Part shown: in pieces, positions 30,287-40,855 of the stretch
Position numbering within the stretch: the first letter of the stretch is position 1
How the letters are laid out: every line of letters begins with the position of its first letter
Source of the DNA: an uncultured Verrucomicrobiae bacterium
GTDB lineage: Bacteria; Chlamydiota; Chlamydiia; Chlamydiales; Rhabdochlamydiaceae
NCBI GenBank assembly: GCA_963718565.1
Contig: OY970364.1
Location: forward strand, 448,001 to 512,000
DNA: 64,000 bases
Reading direction: 5' to 3'
Position numbers and translations under genes: made by a program
The notes under the pieces: model-generated
Databases searched by the model: none
The model's input: the letters and a program-made list of their open reading frames with translations, nothing else
What the model was told of the DNA's origin: nothing

Positions 30287-30886
30287 TCAGAAGCTTTGAC
30301 GTCCGATCAATGCTCGGGCGAGCGTACTGCCATCGACAAAATCGAGGGAACTGCCGATGGGCAACCCAAAGGCAAGTCTTGAAACCGGAAGCCCCCAGCT
30401 TTGAATCTGTTCTTTGAGAAAGAGGGAAGTGGTATCGCCTTCTAAAGTCGAGTCTAGGGCGATAATAATTTCTTTGATGGGAAGTTCTGCAAGTCTTTTT
30501 TTTAGCTGTTCGAGGTCCAAGTGCTCAGGTGTCTTTCCATCGAGAGGGGACAATAGTCCCCCCAGAACATGATATAGGCCACGGTAAGCGCCCGTTTCTT
30601 CAAGAGAGTAGACATCGCGCGGAGAAGCGATGATGCACAGTTGTGTTTTGTCGCGCATGGCGTTATGGCAAAATAGACAGCGGTCATTGTCCATTAAGCA
30701 ACGGCAATCGGGGCATTTGGTAATTTTTTTCTTTAATTCCGCAAAGATTGCTGAGAAAAATTGAAGTTCTGCTTCTTGCCAATTTAAAAATTGAAAAGCA
30801 AATCGTTCCGCAGTTTTAGTACCGACACCAGGAAGTTTTTTAAGAAATGCGATTAATTGCGCAAGGTCGTACGGGTATTTAGTCAT
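30287..30886 (-). CDS. recR: Recombination protein RecR
   Basis: LPGVGTKTAER, C4 zinc finger, YHVLGGLLSPLDG, Toprim domain. Confidence 0.97.
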   Translation of the reverse strand: MTKYPYDLAQLIAFLKKLPGVGTKTAERFAFQFLNWQEAELQFFSAIFAELKKKITKCPDCRCLMDNDRCLFCHNAMRDKTQLCIIASPRDVYSLEETGAYRGLYHVLGGLLSPLDGKTPEHLDLEQLKKRLAELPIKEIIIALDSTLEGDTTSLFLKEQIQSWGLPVSRLAFGLPIGSSLDFVDGSTLARALIGRQSF

Positions 30887-31017
30887 AATTTGCAAGAGTA
30901 CTCGAGTGCCCATTTATGTTAAATAGGGTGTTTTAAATGCGCAGAGAAATAATGCTTTGCATTTTTATAGGGCTGGGGTAAAATCGTTGCTAGTTCACAA
31001 TTTAAATTTTTGTTTGC

Positions 31018-32022
31018 ATGAACAAATCTGTAAAAGCACATATCATTGGAACTGGCTGCTATCTACCGGAGCAGGTTTTATCCAACTATGATCTCGAAAA
31101 AATGGTGGAAACTTCTGATGAGTGGATAGTGACGCGAACGGGGATGAAAGAGCGAAGGATCGCCCGGGCTGATGAATTCACTTCCGATATGGGATACGAA
31201 GCGGCAGTCCGCGCAATCGAATCTGCGAAAATTTCTGCGGATGAGATCGATCTTATCCTTGTCGCGACATTGACCCCCGATTATGTTTTTCCAAGCACTG
31301 CTTGCCTTTTACAAGCGCGATTGAAGGCCGTTAACGCTGCTGCGGTCGATATCCAAGCTGCGTGCACGGGTTATATTTATGCCCTTTCTCAGGCTAAAGC
31401 GTATGTCGATTCTGGTCTGTACAACAATGTTTTAATTATCGCGGCCGAAAAGCTTTCGTCCATCATCAACTATAAAGATCGCAATACCTGTGTGCTATTC
31501 GGCGATGGCGCTTCCGCATGCATCGTCAGCAGCCGAAACAGCGGTTTGATCGTCCGGGATGTATGTCTTGGAGCGGATGGAGAACTTGCCGAGTTACTGA
31601 TTCTGCCCGCAGGCGGCTGTCGTAAACCTGCTTCCGTCCAGACTCTGTGCGATGGCCTGCATTATTTGCAAATGGATGGAAAAGAGACGTATAAGCACGC
31701 TGTGCGCCGTATGGAAATGGCGTCCAAACAATGTTTAGACCGCGTTGGACTTGCTGAATCGGAAATCAGTTGGATTGTACCTCATCAAGCAAATGTTAGG
31801 ATCATTGAAGGAATCGCCAAGCGGTTCGGCGTGCCCATGGAACGCGTTTATTTGACGATTCAAAAATATGGAAATACATCAGCCTCATCTGTGGGGATTG
31901 CCCTCGACGAGCTGCTCCGAAAAAAGGGCGTGAAGAAAGGGGAAAACCTCTTACTTGTCGCCTTCGGCTCTGGATTGACATGGGGAGCATCTATATTGAC
32001 TGTGGGAGATCACCATGAATAA
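31018..32022 (+). CDS. fabH: 3-oxoacyl-ACP synthase III
   Basis: AACTG, PHQAN, GNTSAS. Confidence 0.97.
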   Translation: MNKSVKAHIIGTGCYLPEQVLSNYDLEKMVETSDEWIVTRTGMKERRIARADEFTSDMGYEAAVRAIESAKISADEIDLILVATLTPDYVFPSTACLLQARLKAVNAAAVDIQAACTGYIYALSQAKAYVDSGLYNNVLIIAAEKLSSIINYKDRNTCVLFGDGASACIVSSRNSGLIVRDVCLGADGELAELLILPAGGCRKPASVQTLCDGLHYLQMDGKETYKHAVRRMEMASKQCLDRVGLAESEISWIVPHQANVRIIEGIAKRFGVPMERVYLTIQKYGNTSASSVGIALDELLRKKGVKKGENLLLVAFGSGLTWGASILTVGDHHE

Positions 32023-32977
32023 GAAATTTGCTTTTCTTTTCCCTGGCCAAGGAGCCCAATATCCTGGAATGGGCAAAGATTTTTACGACCAATTCCCCAT
32101 TGCCAAGCAAACATTCGATGAAGCTGACCAGTTCTTAAATCGTCCCTTTTCAAAGCTTATTTTTGAGGGTCCTTCTGCAGAACTAACTCTCACTAAGAAC
32201 AGTCAAATCGCCATTTACATCAGCAGCATCGCCATCTTACGCGTTATTCAAGAGCATTTTCCAGAGTTGAGGCCTGTGTCCTGTGCGGGATTGAGCCTTG
32301 GAGAGTATACTGCATTGACTGCAGCTGGAAAAATCGATTTCCTCGATTGCCTCGATCTTGTCCGTACAAGAGCTGAGGCGATGCACGAAGCATGTGAAGA
32401 GACAAAGGGAACTATGCAAGTTGTTCTGGGAATGACCGAAGAAGCGGTAGAGACAGTGATTCGTAAGCTCAATCCTCCTCATCCTGTATGGATCGCCAAT
32501 CTCAATTGCCCAGGCCAAATTGTCATCGCGGGATCTTTAGATGCGATCGCCATCGCGGTAGAGGCTTTAAAGCAAAAAGGCGCAAAACGCTGTTTACCTT
32601 TGGATGTTTCCGGAGCTTTTCACAGCAGCCTAATGCAATCAGCGCAAGCCAAACTTGCTGCTAAAATCGGAACTGTCCCATTCCATGGGAGTCCCATTGA
32701 CATTGTCATGAACGTTTCAGGAAATGTCGTCTCTTCTAAAGAACAGATCCGGCAAGCGCTGCTCGATCAAGTCGTCATGCCAGTCCAATGGGAAAAGGGA
32801 ATCCGTCAGATGATGGAGCGCAAGATCGATATCTACTTGGAGATAGGACCTGGAGAAACTTTAAGCGGGATGAACAAAAGGATTGGCGTGGCTGAGCCAA
32901 CCTGCAGCATTGAGAAAACATCCGATTTAGAAGAGGTTCGCAAACTTATGGAGTCTTATGCAACTGCTCAAAGCTAA
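32015..32977 (+). CDS. fabD: Malonyl-CoA:ACP transacylase
   Basis: FPGQGAQ, GLSLGEY, VSGAFHS. Confidence 0.97.
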   Translation: MNKKFAFLFPGQGAQYPGMGKDFYDQFPIAKQTFDEADQFLNRPFSKLIFEGPSAELTLTKNSQIAIYISSIAILRVIQEHFPELRPVSCAGLSLGEYTALTAAGKIDFLDCLDLVRTRAEAMHEACEETKGTMQVVLGMTEEAVETVIRKLNPPHPVWIANLNCPGQIVIAGSLDAIAIAVEALKQKGAKRCLPLDVSGAFHSSLMQSAQAKLAAKIGTVPFHGSPIDIVMNVSGNVVSSKEQIRQALLDQVVMPVQWEKGIRQMMERKIDIYLEIGPGETLSGMNKRIGVAEPTCSIEKTSDLEEVRKLMESYATAQS

Positions 32978-33713
32978 AAAAGCGTTAATCACTGGAGGAA
33001 CTGCAGGAATTGGAAAAGAAATTGCCATCGCCTTTGCTAAACAAGGTGCTGATGTCACTATTTTCGGAACTCATGCCGAGCGTGCTGCCCAAGTGATACA
33101 AGAACTTGAGCAGGCTAAGATTTCCCCAGAACAACAATTCGCGTCTTTTCTTGTCAACGTTTCCGAAAAATCTTCTGTCGAAAATGCAATTCAACAGCAG
33201 CTTACCAAGTGGGAAAAAGTCGATATCCTCGTCAATAACGCCGGGATTACTCGTGATGGACTCTTAATGCGGATGACGGAAGAGGATTGGGACCAAGTCA
33301 TCGATGTCAACTTGAAATCTGTTTATAATACTTGCCAAACGATTGTCCGTTCTATGGTTAAGGCCAAAAGCGGGAAGATCATTAACATCTCTTCCGTTGT
33401 AGGCTTGACAGGAAATGCGGGACAAGCCAATTATGCTGCATCGAAATCAGGGATGATCGGCTTTACCAAAGCTTTAGCTCTCGAGCTTGCGACTCGCAAT
33501 ATTTGTGTGAACTGCATTGCTCCTGGATTTATCCAGACCCGCATGACGGATGGTTTGACTGAAGGACAAAAGGAAGGAATCCTCAAAAAAATCCCGATGG
33601 GACGCATAGGAAATCCTCAAGATATTGCGAACGCTGCTATTTATCTCGCCAGCAACCTTTCCGATTACGTGACCGGTCAGGTGCTCACTGTTGATGGCGG
33701 GATGGTCATGTGA
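32958..33713 (+). CDS. fabG: 3-oxoacyl-ACP reductase
   Basis: TGGTAGIG, NNAGITRD, YAASK. Confidence 0.97.
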   Translation: MQLLKAKKALITGGTAGIGKEIAIAFAKQGADVTIFGTHAERAAQVIQELEQAKISPEQQFASFLVNVSEKSSVENAIQQQLTKWEKVDILVNNAGITRDGLLMRMTEEDWDQVIDVNLKSVYNTCQTIVRSMVKAKSGKIINISSVVGLTGNAGQANYAASKSGMIGFTKALALELATRNICVNCIAPGFIQTRMTDGLTEGQKEGILKKIPMGRIGNPQDIANAAIYLASNLSDYVTGQVLTVDGGMVM

Positions 33714-33758
33714 TAATAATTTGTTCGAACTCTAGTTAACAAACCGAAAGGAATGCCT

Positions 33759-33992
33759 ATGTCAATTGAAAAAGAAGTCATAGATATCGTTGTCGAGCAA
33801 CTCGGTGTTGATGCAAACGATATTACTTTAGATAAGTCTTTTGTCGAAGATCTCAATGCGGACTCTTTAGACCTTACAGAACTCATCATGACTTTTGAAG
33901 AGCGTTTTGGCTTTGAAATTTCTGAAGAAGAAGCGGAAAAGCTCAAGACTGTAGGTGATGTCGTCAGCTACATCAACAAGAAAAAAGGCTAA
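33759..33992 (+). CDS. acpP: Acyl carrier protein
   Basis: DLNADSLD phosphopantetheine site. Confidence 0.97.
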   Translation: MSIEKEVIDIVVEQLGVDANDITLDKSFVEDLNADSLDLTELIMTFEERFGFEISEEEAEKLKTVGDVVSYINKKKG

Positions 33993-34039
33993 CCTTTTCC
34001 CTCTTACCGGAAGTGATTCAAAAGTCGGTATGAATTTTA

Positions 34040-34139
34040 TAACCACCCGTTCGCTTCGGCTCTATAGAGGGCACAGAGAAAAAAAATCTTCCCTCTGTAT
34101 TCTCTGTGCCCTCTAGAGAGCGAAGCGAACGGGTGGTTA
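34040..34139. repeat. Family E long hairpin element between convergent acpP and potD
   Basis: TAACCACCCGTTCGCTTCG/CGAAGCGAACGGGTGGTTA plus inner TAGAGGGCACAGAGAA/TTCTCTGTGCCCTCTA stem. Confidence 0.85.
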
Positions 34140-34154
34140 AATTTTTTCAACCGC

Positions 34155-35231
34155 TTAAAACTCTCTTGTTTTGATGTCTACCCAGATATCGCGTGTTTCT
34201 TCTTGGGGAAGAAGATTTTGAATGAAGTGGTATTTTTTAAAATCTTCAGGAGAAGAGCGCATGATTTTTGCGACTTGTTCATCGATCCCAAGATCTTCAA
34301 GGTTATGAAGAGTCGATGGGAAAAGGGAATAGGTTTTGAAATGGGTCGCTACGGACTTAGGACTGCATAGATAGTTGATAAAGCGGAAAACCAGATCCTC
34401 TTTTTGGCTCGGCTTGGGGATACAGATATTTTCAATGGTAATAAAGCTGCCTTCTTTGGGAATGACAAAGCCAACAAAGCTGAATAACTTTTGCGTTCTT
34501 AAGATATAAGAAGTGGAGGCTAGGACAACAGCGACATTCTTTGTGGCAAGGAAGTAGTCTCCGCGAAAAGACGCGTAGGCTGCAACCCAAGGTCTTTGTT
34601 GGATGAGAACTTGCCGGACCGCTTCAACTTGGTCAGGGTTTAAATGGTCGGTAATTCCATAAAGGTAGAAGGCAGCAAACTCGACAGCCTCGATCGGATC
34701 GTTGTTCATTGTGATTTTATAATTCACAACTTTTGGATCGAAGATCATCGCCCAAGAAGGCTCAGTAGGGTGCACGTCGAAATAGTCTTTATCGATGCCG
34801 AATCCGAATAACTCCCATTCAAAGGGGATGGAGTAATTGTTTTCGGGGTCAAAAAAATGGCCGAGAAGAGCAGGATTGATAGAATTCCAATACTCAAACT
34901 TTGATTTATCAAGCTTTTTCAGCAAATCTTCTTTGATCAAGGCATTGACGGCATAATCTGAAGGGATAACCAGATCATATTCTTCTCCGCGTGTCGCTTT
35001 AAGTTTGACGAGTAATTCTTCGTTCGACGAGTAGTAGCTGAGATTAACCTTGATGCCTGTCTCTTTTTCAAAATCGGAAATGACAGACGGTTCAAAGATG
35101 TCCCCCCAAGCAAAGACATTGATCGAATTTTTTTCATATTTCAGCATTTTCCATTTCGGCCAGTACAGGGTGCAGAAGATGAATGCAATCCAAATGAGAA
35201 TGATACCGGAGCGAACCAGAAACTTTTTCAT
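34155..35231 (-). CDS. potD: Spermidine/putrescine ABC transporter substrate-binding protein
   Basis: FEKETGIKV, SSNEEL, YDLVIPSDY. Confidence 0.88.
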   Translation of the reverse strand: MKKFLVRSGIILIWIAFIFCTLYWPKWKMLKYEKNSINVFAWGDIFEPSVISDFEKETGIKVNLSYYSSNEELLVKLKATRGEEYDLVIPSDYAVNALIKEDLLKKLDKSKFEYWNSINPALLGHFFDPENNYSIPFEWELFGFGIDKDYFDVHPTEPSWAMIFDPKVVNYKITMNNDPIEAVEFAAFYLYGITDHLNPDQVEAVRQVLIQQRPWVAAYASFRGDYFLATKNVAVVLASTSYILRTQKLFSFVGFVIPKEGSFITIENICIPKPSQKEDLVFRFINYLCSPKSVATHFKTYSLFPSTLHNLEDLGIDEQVAKIMRSSPEDFKKYHFIQNLLPQEETRDIWVDIKTREF

Positions 35232-35233
35232 GA

Positions 35234-36037
35234 TTAAAAAATCCGCGTACGAGTTTTTTGGGAAAAAGTGAAAAAGAGAAGCACGAGGATGCTGCTAAAG
35301 AGCAGCAAGACGGCAGAAAGGGCGTTCACAATTGGAGAAATCCCAGAGCGGAGCATCGACAAAATGAAAAGAGATAGAGTCTGCGATGTGCTGCCTGCGC
35401 AAAAATAAGAGAGGATAAAATCATCAAAGGAAATAATAAACACAAGTAAACCGGTCACAATCAGCGATGGACGCATCAGAGGAAGGGTGACTTTGAAGAA
35501 GGTCTGCACGGGAGTCGCTCCAAGCACAAGGGAGGCTTCGGTCATTCGGTAATCGAGCTCAAGAAAGCGCGCATAAATAATCGGAATGACAAAACCCAGC
35601 CCTAAAACGGTATGAGCCAGAACAAGGGTAATGAGCCCCAGTGGAATAGAGACAAGGGTAAAGAACCCGAGCAGGCCAACTGCCAGCACAGTTTCTGGAA
35701 TCACCAAATTTCCGTAATAATAGACAAGAAATTTGCTGATCCGTCCTCCTTGCGCGGTATAAAAAATAAGAAAGGTTCCCATGGTCAAGCTGATCGCGGT
35801 AGAACAAATGGCGACAATCAGAGAATTGAGAAATGAGGCCCAAAGGTGCGTTGCTTGAAAGAGCTCATGGTACCATTTTAAAGTAAATCCTTTCCAGGGA
35901 GAAGGAAACCCTTCCGTGTTGAACGAGAAGACAAGCAACACAACTAAAGGGACATAGAGAAACAGATAAGTAGCAATGACCATCGCCAAAGTTCCAATTG
36001 AGCTGAGTTTACCCGTTTTATGTTGCATCTTTGACAT
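35234..36037 (-). CDS. potC: Polyamine ABC permease
   Basis: FLYVP..FSFN, FTLKWY, EASLVLGA, SFDDF. Confidence 0.88.
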   Translation of the reverse strand: MSKMQHKTGKLSSIGTLAMVIATYLFLYVPLVVLLVFSFNTEGFPSPWKGFTLKWYHELFQATHLWASFLNSLIVAICSTAISLTMGTFLIFYTAQGGRISKFLVYYYGNLVIPETVLAVGLLGFFTLVSIPLGLITLVLAHTVLGLGFVIPIIYARFLELDYRMTEASLVLGATPVQTFFKVTLPLMRPSLIVTGLLVFIISFDDFILSYFCAGSTSQTLSLFILSMLRSGISPIVNALSAVLLLFSSILVLLFFTFSQKTRTRIF

Positions 36038-36905
36038 GCGTCCTCCCAGGGATTAACCGATCGATAATCCAATACAATCCAACTGCGCTAGCGAGCAAGA
36101 ATACGGAGGCGACCACGGTAAATGCAGCTCCCAGCGATCCCGTTTCATCGCCGAGAATATAATTAGAGACAACCGTCCCCACAAACATCCAACGATCTCC
36201 TCCCATGAGTTCTGGGATCGCAAACTCACCAAAAGAGGGGATGTAAACAAGAAAAAAGCCAGCTTTAAGCCCTCTTTTCGTCAGAGGTAAGATGATGCGT
36301 CGCAAAGTCTGGCCCCAGCTTGCACCTAAGTCAAGAGAGGCCTCCACGAGGCGAAAGTCCATCTTTTCAAGGGAGGAATAGAGCGGCATGACCATGAAAG
36401 GAAGGTAGTAATAGACCATCATGATCATAATAGAAAAATGAGAGTTGAGCATGTTGATCGGTTCAGAGATGATTCCAAGCGACCTGAGCAGGTTGTTTAA
36501 AATACCTTCTTTTTCCAAGACAAAAAACCAGGCGTACACATGGAGTAAAAAGTTCGTCCAGAATGGGACGATCAACAGAAAGAGAAGAAAATTTTTAAAG
36601 CGTTTTCCCGTGAATGCGAGAAAATAGGCGAGGGGATACGCGATGAGCAGACAGAGAATGGCGTTACTCAGCGCCAAAATAAAAGAAGATAAAATGACTT
36701 TTAAATAGAGCGGGCGCAAAAAAAAGGCGATCTTTTCAAAGGTGATTCCTTCAAAGACATCAAACTCATTGAACTTGAGCACGCTGGTGACGACGAGGAT
36801 TGTCAGGGGCACATAGAAAAATAGGACCTGCCAGATCAAAGCGGGTGCGCCGATGGAAAAGGGTAATTCAGAGGTTGGGGGGCGGCGGAAGAATGTAATT
36901 TTCAT
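36018..36905 (-). CDS. potB: Polyamine ABC permease
   Basis: PFWTNFLL, LPFMVMPLY, EASLDLGA. Confidence 0.88.
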   Translation of the reverse strand: MKITFFRRPPTSELPFSIGAPALIWQVLFFYVPLTILVVTSVLKFNEFDVFEGITFEKIAFFLRPLYLKVILSSFILALSNAILCLLIAYPLAYFLAFTGKRFKNFLLFLLIVPFWTNFLLHVYAWFFVLEKEGILNNLLRSLGIISEPINMLNSHFSIMIMMVYYYLPFMVMPLYSSLEKMDFRLVEASLDLGASWGQTLRRIILPLTKRGLKAGFFLVYIPSFGEFAIPELMGGDRWMFVGTVVSNYILGDETGSLGAAFTVVASVFLLASAVGLYWIIDRLIPGRTHVKDAT

Positions 36906-38029
36906 TTTTCCAGGATGACCACATTTTCTTTTTGCCAGTACAGATTCACTTCATTATCATAATCAATCACTTCTTGTTGGAAGTGTTCTTCATTCTGTTC
37001 GAAAACCTGCAGGCGCATTTGATTTTTAAGCAAAATATTATACTGGGTAGATCGCCCGTGATAGACGATCGATTGCACTGTTCCTTTTAGTGCGTTGGAA
37101 AAATTCTTTGCTTCCTTCTTAGAAATGAAAATTTTTTCGGGGCGAAGGCTGATCATCATATCGCATCCTTCCTTCATCCATTCTTTTTTTTGAGGAATGG
37201 AGATCTTTAGTAAGCCAAGATCGGGAATCTCAATCTCCGGCTCGGAGTTCAGATGCCTCAGTTTCCCTCTCAAAATATTTGTTGTCCCAACAAAATTCGC
37301 GACAAAGGAGGTGTGAGGAAATTCATAAATTTCTTTAGGTGTGCCAATCTGTTCAATTTCCCCCCGATGGTTCATGATCGCAAGTTGATCGGCAACAGTC
37401 AGTGCTTCAAACTGATCATGTGTGACATAGACGAAAGTGGTCTTTAGCTTGTCTTGGAGCTCGATCAGCTCGATGAGCATCCTTTCGCGAAGTTTAAAGT
37501 CCAAAGCGGCAAGCGGCTCATCGAGCAAAAGGACGTCTGGTTCATTGACAATCGCTCTAGCAAGGGCTACGCGCTGCTGCTGTCCTCCGGAAAGTTGGCT
37601 TGTCAATTTGTAGATGTGATTTTCCAAATGGAAGGACTCGAGGATTTTAAGCACTTTCTGCTCAATGACCTGTTTAGGCAGTTGCTTGAGCTTTAAACTA
37701 TAGGCAACGTTATCGAAGACATCGAGGTGAGGAAACAGCGCATAGTTTTGAAAAACGATGTTGACTGGGCGTTTGTGAATAGGCCACTCAGTGATGTCCT
37801 GGTCGCCGAAGAAGATTTTGCCTGCATCTGCTTTATCCAGGCCCGCGATCAGCCGCAGAAGTGTGGTTTTGCCACAGCCGCTTGGCCCAAGGAGGGCGAA
37901 AAACTTGCCTGCAGGTATATGCAGGTTGACCTCGGGGATAATTGTTCCCTCGTTAATCGTTTTTTTTAACTTCTCGAGCTTTATGCTACGCATTTCTTTT
38001 GCCTTGTATGGGCCTATCTGCAAAGTCAT
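36902..38029 (-). CDS. potA: Polyamine ABC ATPase
   Basis: GPSGCGKTT, FQNYALFPH, LSGGQQQR, TOBE domain; start may be about 37993. Confidence 0.9.
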   Translation of the reverse strand: MTLQIGPYKAKEMRSIKLEKLKKTINEGTIIPEVNLHIPAGKFFALLGPSGCGKTTLLRLIAGLDKADAGKIFFGDQDITEWPIHKRPVNIVFQNYALFPHLDVFDNVAYSLKLKQLPKQVIEQKVLKILESFHLENHIYKLTSQLSGGQQQRVALARAIVNEPDVLLLDEPLAALDFKLRERMLIELIELQDKLKTTFVYVTHDQFEALTVADQLAIMNHRGEIEQIGTPKEIYEFPHTSFVANFVGTTNILRGKLRHLNSEPEIEIPDLGLLKISIPQKKEWMKEGCDMMISLRPEKIFISKKEAKNFSNALKGTVQSIVYHGRSTQYNILLKNQMRLQVFEQNEEHFQQEVIDYDNEVNLYWQKENVVILEK

Positions 38030-38166
38030 CTATCATAGACTTATAAATGCGCAGCAATTTTATGGCCAATTGAGTTTTATTGCCTAGAATTTTTCTGTGA
38101 TTTTACAAAAAAAAGCAGAGAAGTTGTATCATCTATTTACGATTACTGAATTTTTGAGTCTACGAT

Positions 38167-39120
38167 ATGGAACGACGAAAACTTGTTATTATTGGATCTG
38201 GTCCTGCTGCTTATACTGCGGCCATTTATGCGGCGCGCGCTAATCTTTCTCCTCTCGTTTTTGAAGGATTTTTTTCTGGCCCTGCAGGTGGCCAGTTGAT
38301 GACGACGACCGAGGTGGAAAATTATCCCGGCTTCCCAGAGGGGATCTCTGGACCAAATCTTATAGAACAGATGCGAAAACAAGCGGAGAGATTTGGAACG
38401 GTAATCTTGGCAGAAGATGTGGCCTTAGTCGATCTTAAAGTTCACCCCTTTGTGATCCATGGAAGTCCAACCAGCGTTCAAACGGAAGCATTGATCATTG
38501 CTACGGGAGCAACGGCAAAAAGACTCGATGTTCCAGGAGCTAGAGATGGAGAGTTTTGGCAAAAAGGAGTCACAGCTTGTGCTGTGTGCGACGGTGCCGC
38601 ACCTATTTTCCGCGACAAGGATCTCTATGTGTTTGGTGGAGGAGATACCGCTGTTGAAGAAGCGATTTTTCTCACCAAATTTGGTAAGAAAATTTTTCTA
38701 GTCCATCGTCGTGACGAACTCCGCGCCTCCAAAATCATGGTCGAGCGCGCATTTAAAAATTCAAAAATTGAAGTCGTCTGGAACCATGTCCTTGTTAAAG
38801 TCGAAGGAGACTCTGTCGTCAAAAGCGTCACTTTACAGGATGTAAAATCAGGACAAGAGACGAAACGCGAAGCCGGGGGTGTTTTTTTTGCGATCGGGCA
38901 TACTCCCAACACCGCATTTTTACAGGGACAGGTGGAACTTTTTCCAAATGGCTATATCAAAATCAAGCCAGGGACGTCTTATACTAATATCGAAGGTGTG
39001 TATGCGGCTGGTGATGTTCAAGACCCTATCTATCGTCAAGCCGTAACCGCAGCGGGTTCTGGGTGTATGGCGGCACTGGATGCAGAGCGCTGGCTCTCGG
39101 AAAAAGGGCCTATTGAATGA
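38167..39120 (+). CDS. trxB: Thioredoxin reductase
   Basis: [26 protein letters not shown]. Confidence 0.98.
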   Translation: MERRKLVIIGSGPAAYTAAIYAARANLSPLVFEGFFSGPAGGQLMTTTEVENYPGFPEGISGPNLIEQMRKQAERFGTVILAEDVALVDLKVHPFVIHGSPTSVQTEALIIATGATAKRLDVPGARDGEFWQKGVTACAVCDGAAPIFRDKDLYVFGGGDTAVEEAIFLTKFGKKIFLVHRRDELRASKIMVERAFKNSKIEVVWNHVLVKVEGDSVVKSVTLQDVKSGQETKREAGGVFFAIGHTPNTAFLQGQVELFPNGYIKIKPGTSYTNIEGVYAAGDVQDPIYRQAVTAAGSGCMAALDAERWLSEKGPIE

Positions 39121-40202
39121 CTATATACCGAGGGAATTGCAAAACTCTTCGCCGCATAAAATCGCGCTTTTGGCACCTGTCGCCTTGGCGGCGGCTGCCT
39201 TCGGCCCCGGTTCGCTCCTTCGCTCACCTGTTTTGCACTGCGAAGGTTCCCCGGACCTTCTCGTGTCTTCGCAGCCACTTATCCAAGTATGCTTTCGCCG
39301 CCGCCAACCGAACCCGCTGTGCGGGTTCTGGCAACAGGTGCCAAAATCATCGATTTTCTGCTGGCGAGGAGTTTTGCAATTCCCTCTACCGCAAGATTGT
39401 TTGGTGTGTGTTTCTATCTCATCCGGTTTTCCTCTTTGCTCTTCAGACAAAGCCTTGGCTTGGCAATCAGTATGAGTTTGATTTCGAATCAGCATTTACC
39501 TATTCCCGCTATCATAAAGTTGAAGGTGCTTCAAGACAGCTAAAGAGTCCGTCTAACGATTACGATCTATTCTTTGATCTCGGATTTACGCCGCGATATG
39601 ATTTCGATGTGCGTGCTGAGATCGAATTAGCTGACACCCCGCGTCAAAGTTTCAACTGGCGCAGCGCAGCGCTCCAAGCGCGCTATCAATGGCTCGATGA
39701 TATTGCCGGAGATCCCATCAGCTTGACGACTGGACTTAATTTTCGAGTTGCTCCCCATCATGCTTTAAGGGATGTCAGCTGTCCTTATGCCTCTTATGCC
39801 AACTATGAACTGACAATGTCGGTCGGCAAAGAATGGTCAAAAGAAGGGGAGTGGATCATGAGAACTTATGGTTATGCTACCGCCGGTATCGCAAATCATG
39901 GTTCTCCTTGGACGCATGAAATGGCCACATGGCAGTTCAACTGGCAAGACACTCATGCGCTTTTCTTATTTGCTATAGGAGATTTTGGTTTTGGCCATCA
40001 ACAACATGTCAATGTTCATCGTTTCAATGGCTGGGGAAAATTTCTCCATCAATCTGTTGACTTAGGTCTGGCCTATCGCTATCGACTCAGTATTTGGGGA
40101 ACACTGACTGTATCCTATGCCCATCGCGTGTTCGCCCATAATTATCCTGAGCATGTCAACTTTTTTACACTGGCCTATTATCTTCCCTTCTCATTTTTTT
40201 AG
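39117..40202 (+). CDS. Putative outer-membrane beta-barrel protein with an in-frame 87-codon repeat insertion in its N-terminus
   Basis: ATGA overlap with the trxB stop; aromatic amphipathic strands; C-terminus YYLPFSFF. Confidence 0.75.
   Translation: MTIYRGNCKTLRRIKSRFWHLSPWRRLPSAPVRSFAHLFCTAKVPRTFSCLRSHLSKYAFAAANRTRCAGSGNRCQNHRFSAGEEFCNSLYRKIVWCVFLSHPVFLFALQTKPWLGNQYEFDFESAFTYSRYHKVEGASRQLKSPSNDYDLFFDLGFTPRYDFDVRAEIELADTPRQSFNWRSAALQARYQWLDDIAGDPISLTTGLNFRVAPHHALRDVSCPYASYANYELTMSVGKEWSKEGEWIMRTYGYATAGIANHGSPWTHEMATWQFNWQDTHALFLFAIGDFGFGHQQHVNVHRFNGWGKFLHQSVDLGLAYRYRLSIWGTLTVSYAHRVFAHNYPEHVNFFTLAYYLPFSFF
39130..39386. mobile_element. Family A MITE-like element, 257 bp, intragenic
   Basis: 24-bp TIR with one mismatch; 4-bp direct repeat TACC (39126-39129 and 39387-39390); collinear with 3267-3448 plus an extra module. 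Confidence 0.92.
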
Positions 40203-40262
40203 GTTCATCCGACGAATGAGTACCTTTCAGTGGTACTCATTCGTCGGATGAACCCTTTTTTA
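40202..40262 (+). terminator. 23-bp perfect-stem hairpin followed by a T tract
   Basis: GGTTCATCCGACGAATGAGTACC-N7-GGTACTCATTCGTCGGATGAACC, directly after the TAG stop. Confidence 0.7.
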
Positions 40263-40855
40263 ACCTGAGTTTTACGCCATGTGCCAGGGTACATGCAATT
40301 AATGGCGACAACAGTAATTCCCGCTTAAATTTTTTCGTATAGACTAGTATACTGCTTTTTCCGGAAAAATTTTCGTAAAGAGCAGTTTATGAAGCACCGT
40401 CCTCACCAAAAAGAAAAAAAAGCATTATCTGTATCAGGCCTTCTCGGCATCGTTAGGAATGTATTCGCTCAAATATCGAGCGTTATTAAAAGCAAGAAAA
40501 TCAGTTTGTCCGATTGTCTCATGTCGGCGTTGGCGATTTCGTCAGAGGGATTAAGAAGGAATTCAAAATGACTGTGGGCAGAAACAGGTATACATTTTGG
40601 TACGCGAATAATGTTCCTCTGAATGAGACAAAAAATGCCCCGAATGTGAATTTTTTAGAATGTGAATGGGAAGAAGTTCGAGGGGTTAAGGGAAAAACAA
40701 TTCAGAAAGGTCATTGCGGCTGGGCAATAAGCCACGAAATCACGGTTAAAAATATTTACGAATTAATGCGCGGAGGGCGCGCCCGATGGAAAATTGAAAA
40801 TGAAACTTTTAACACGCTCAAGAACCAGGGCTACCAATTCGAGCACAATTTCGGC

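Noticed and set aside
40312..40325. Similarity between the intron-host IS end (AATTCCC) and the family A TIR
   Set aside because: Only about 7 bp and in the opposite orientation relative to the element interior; not enough to link them.
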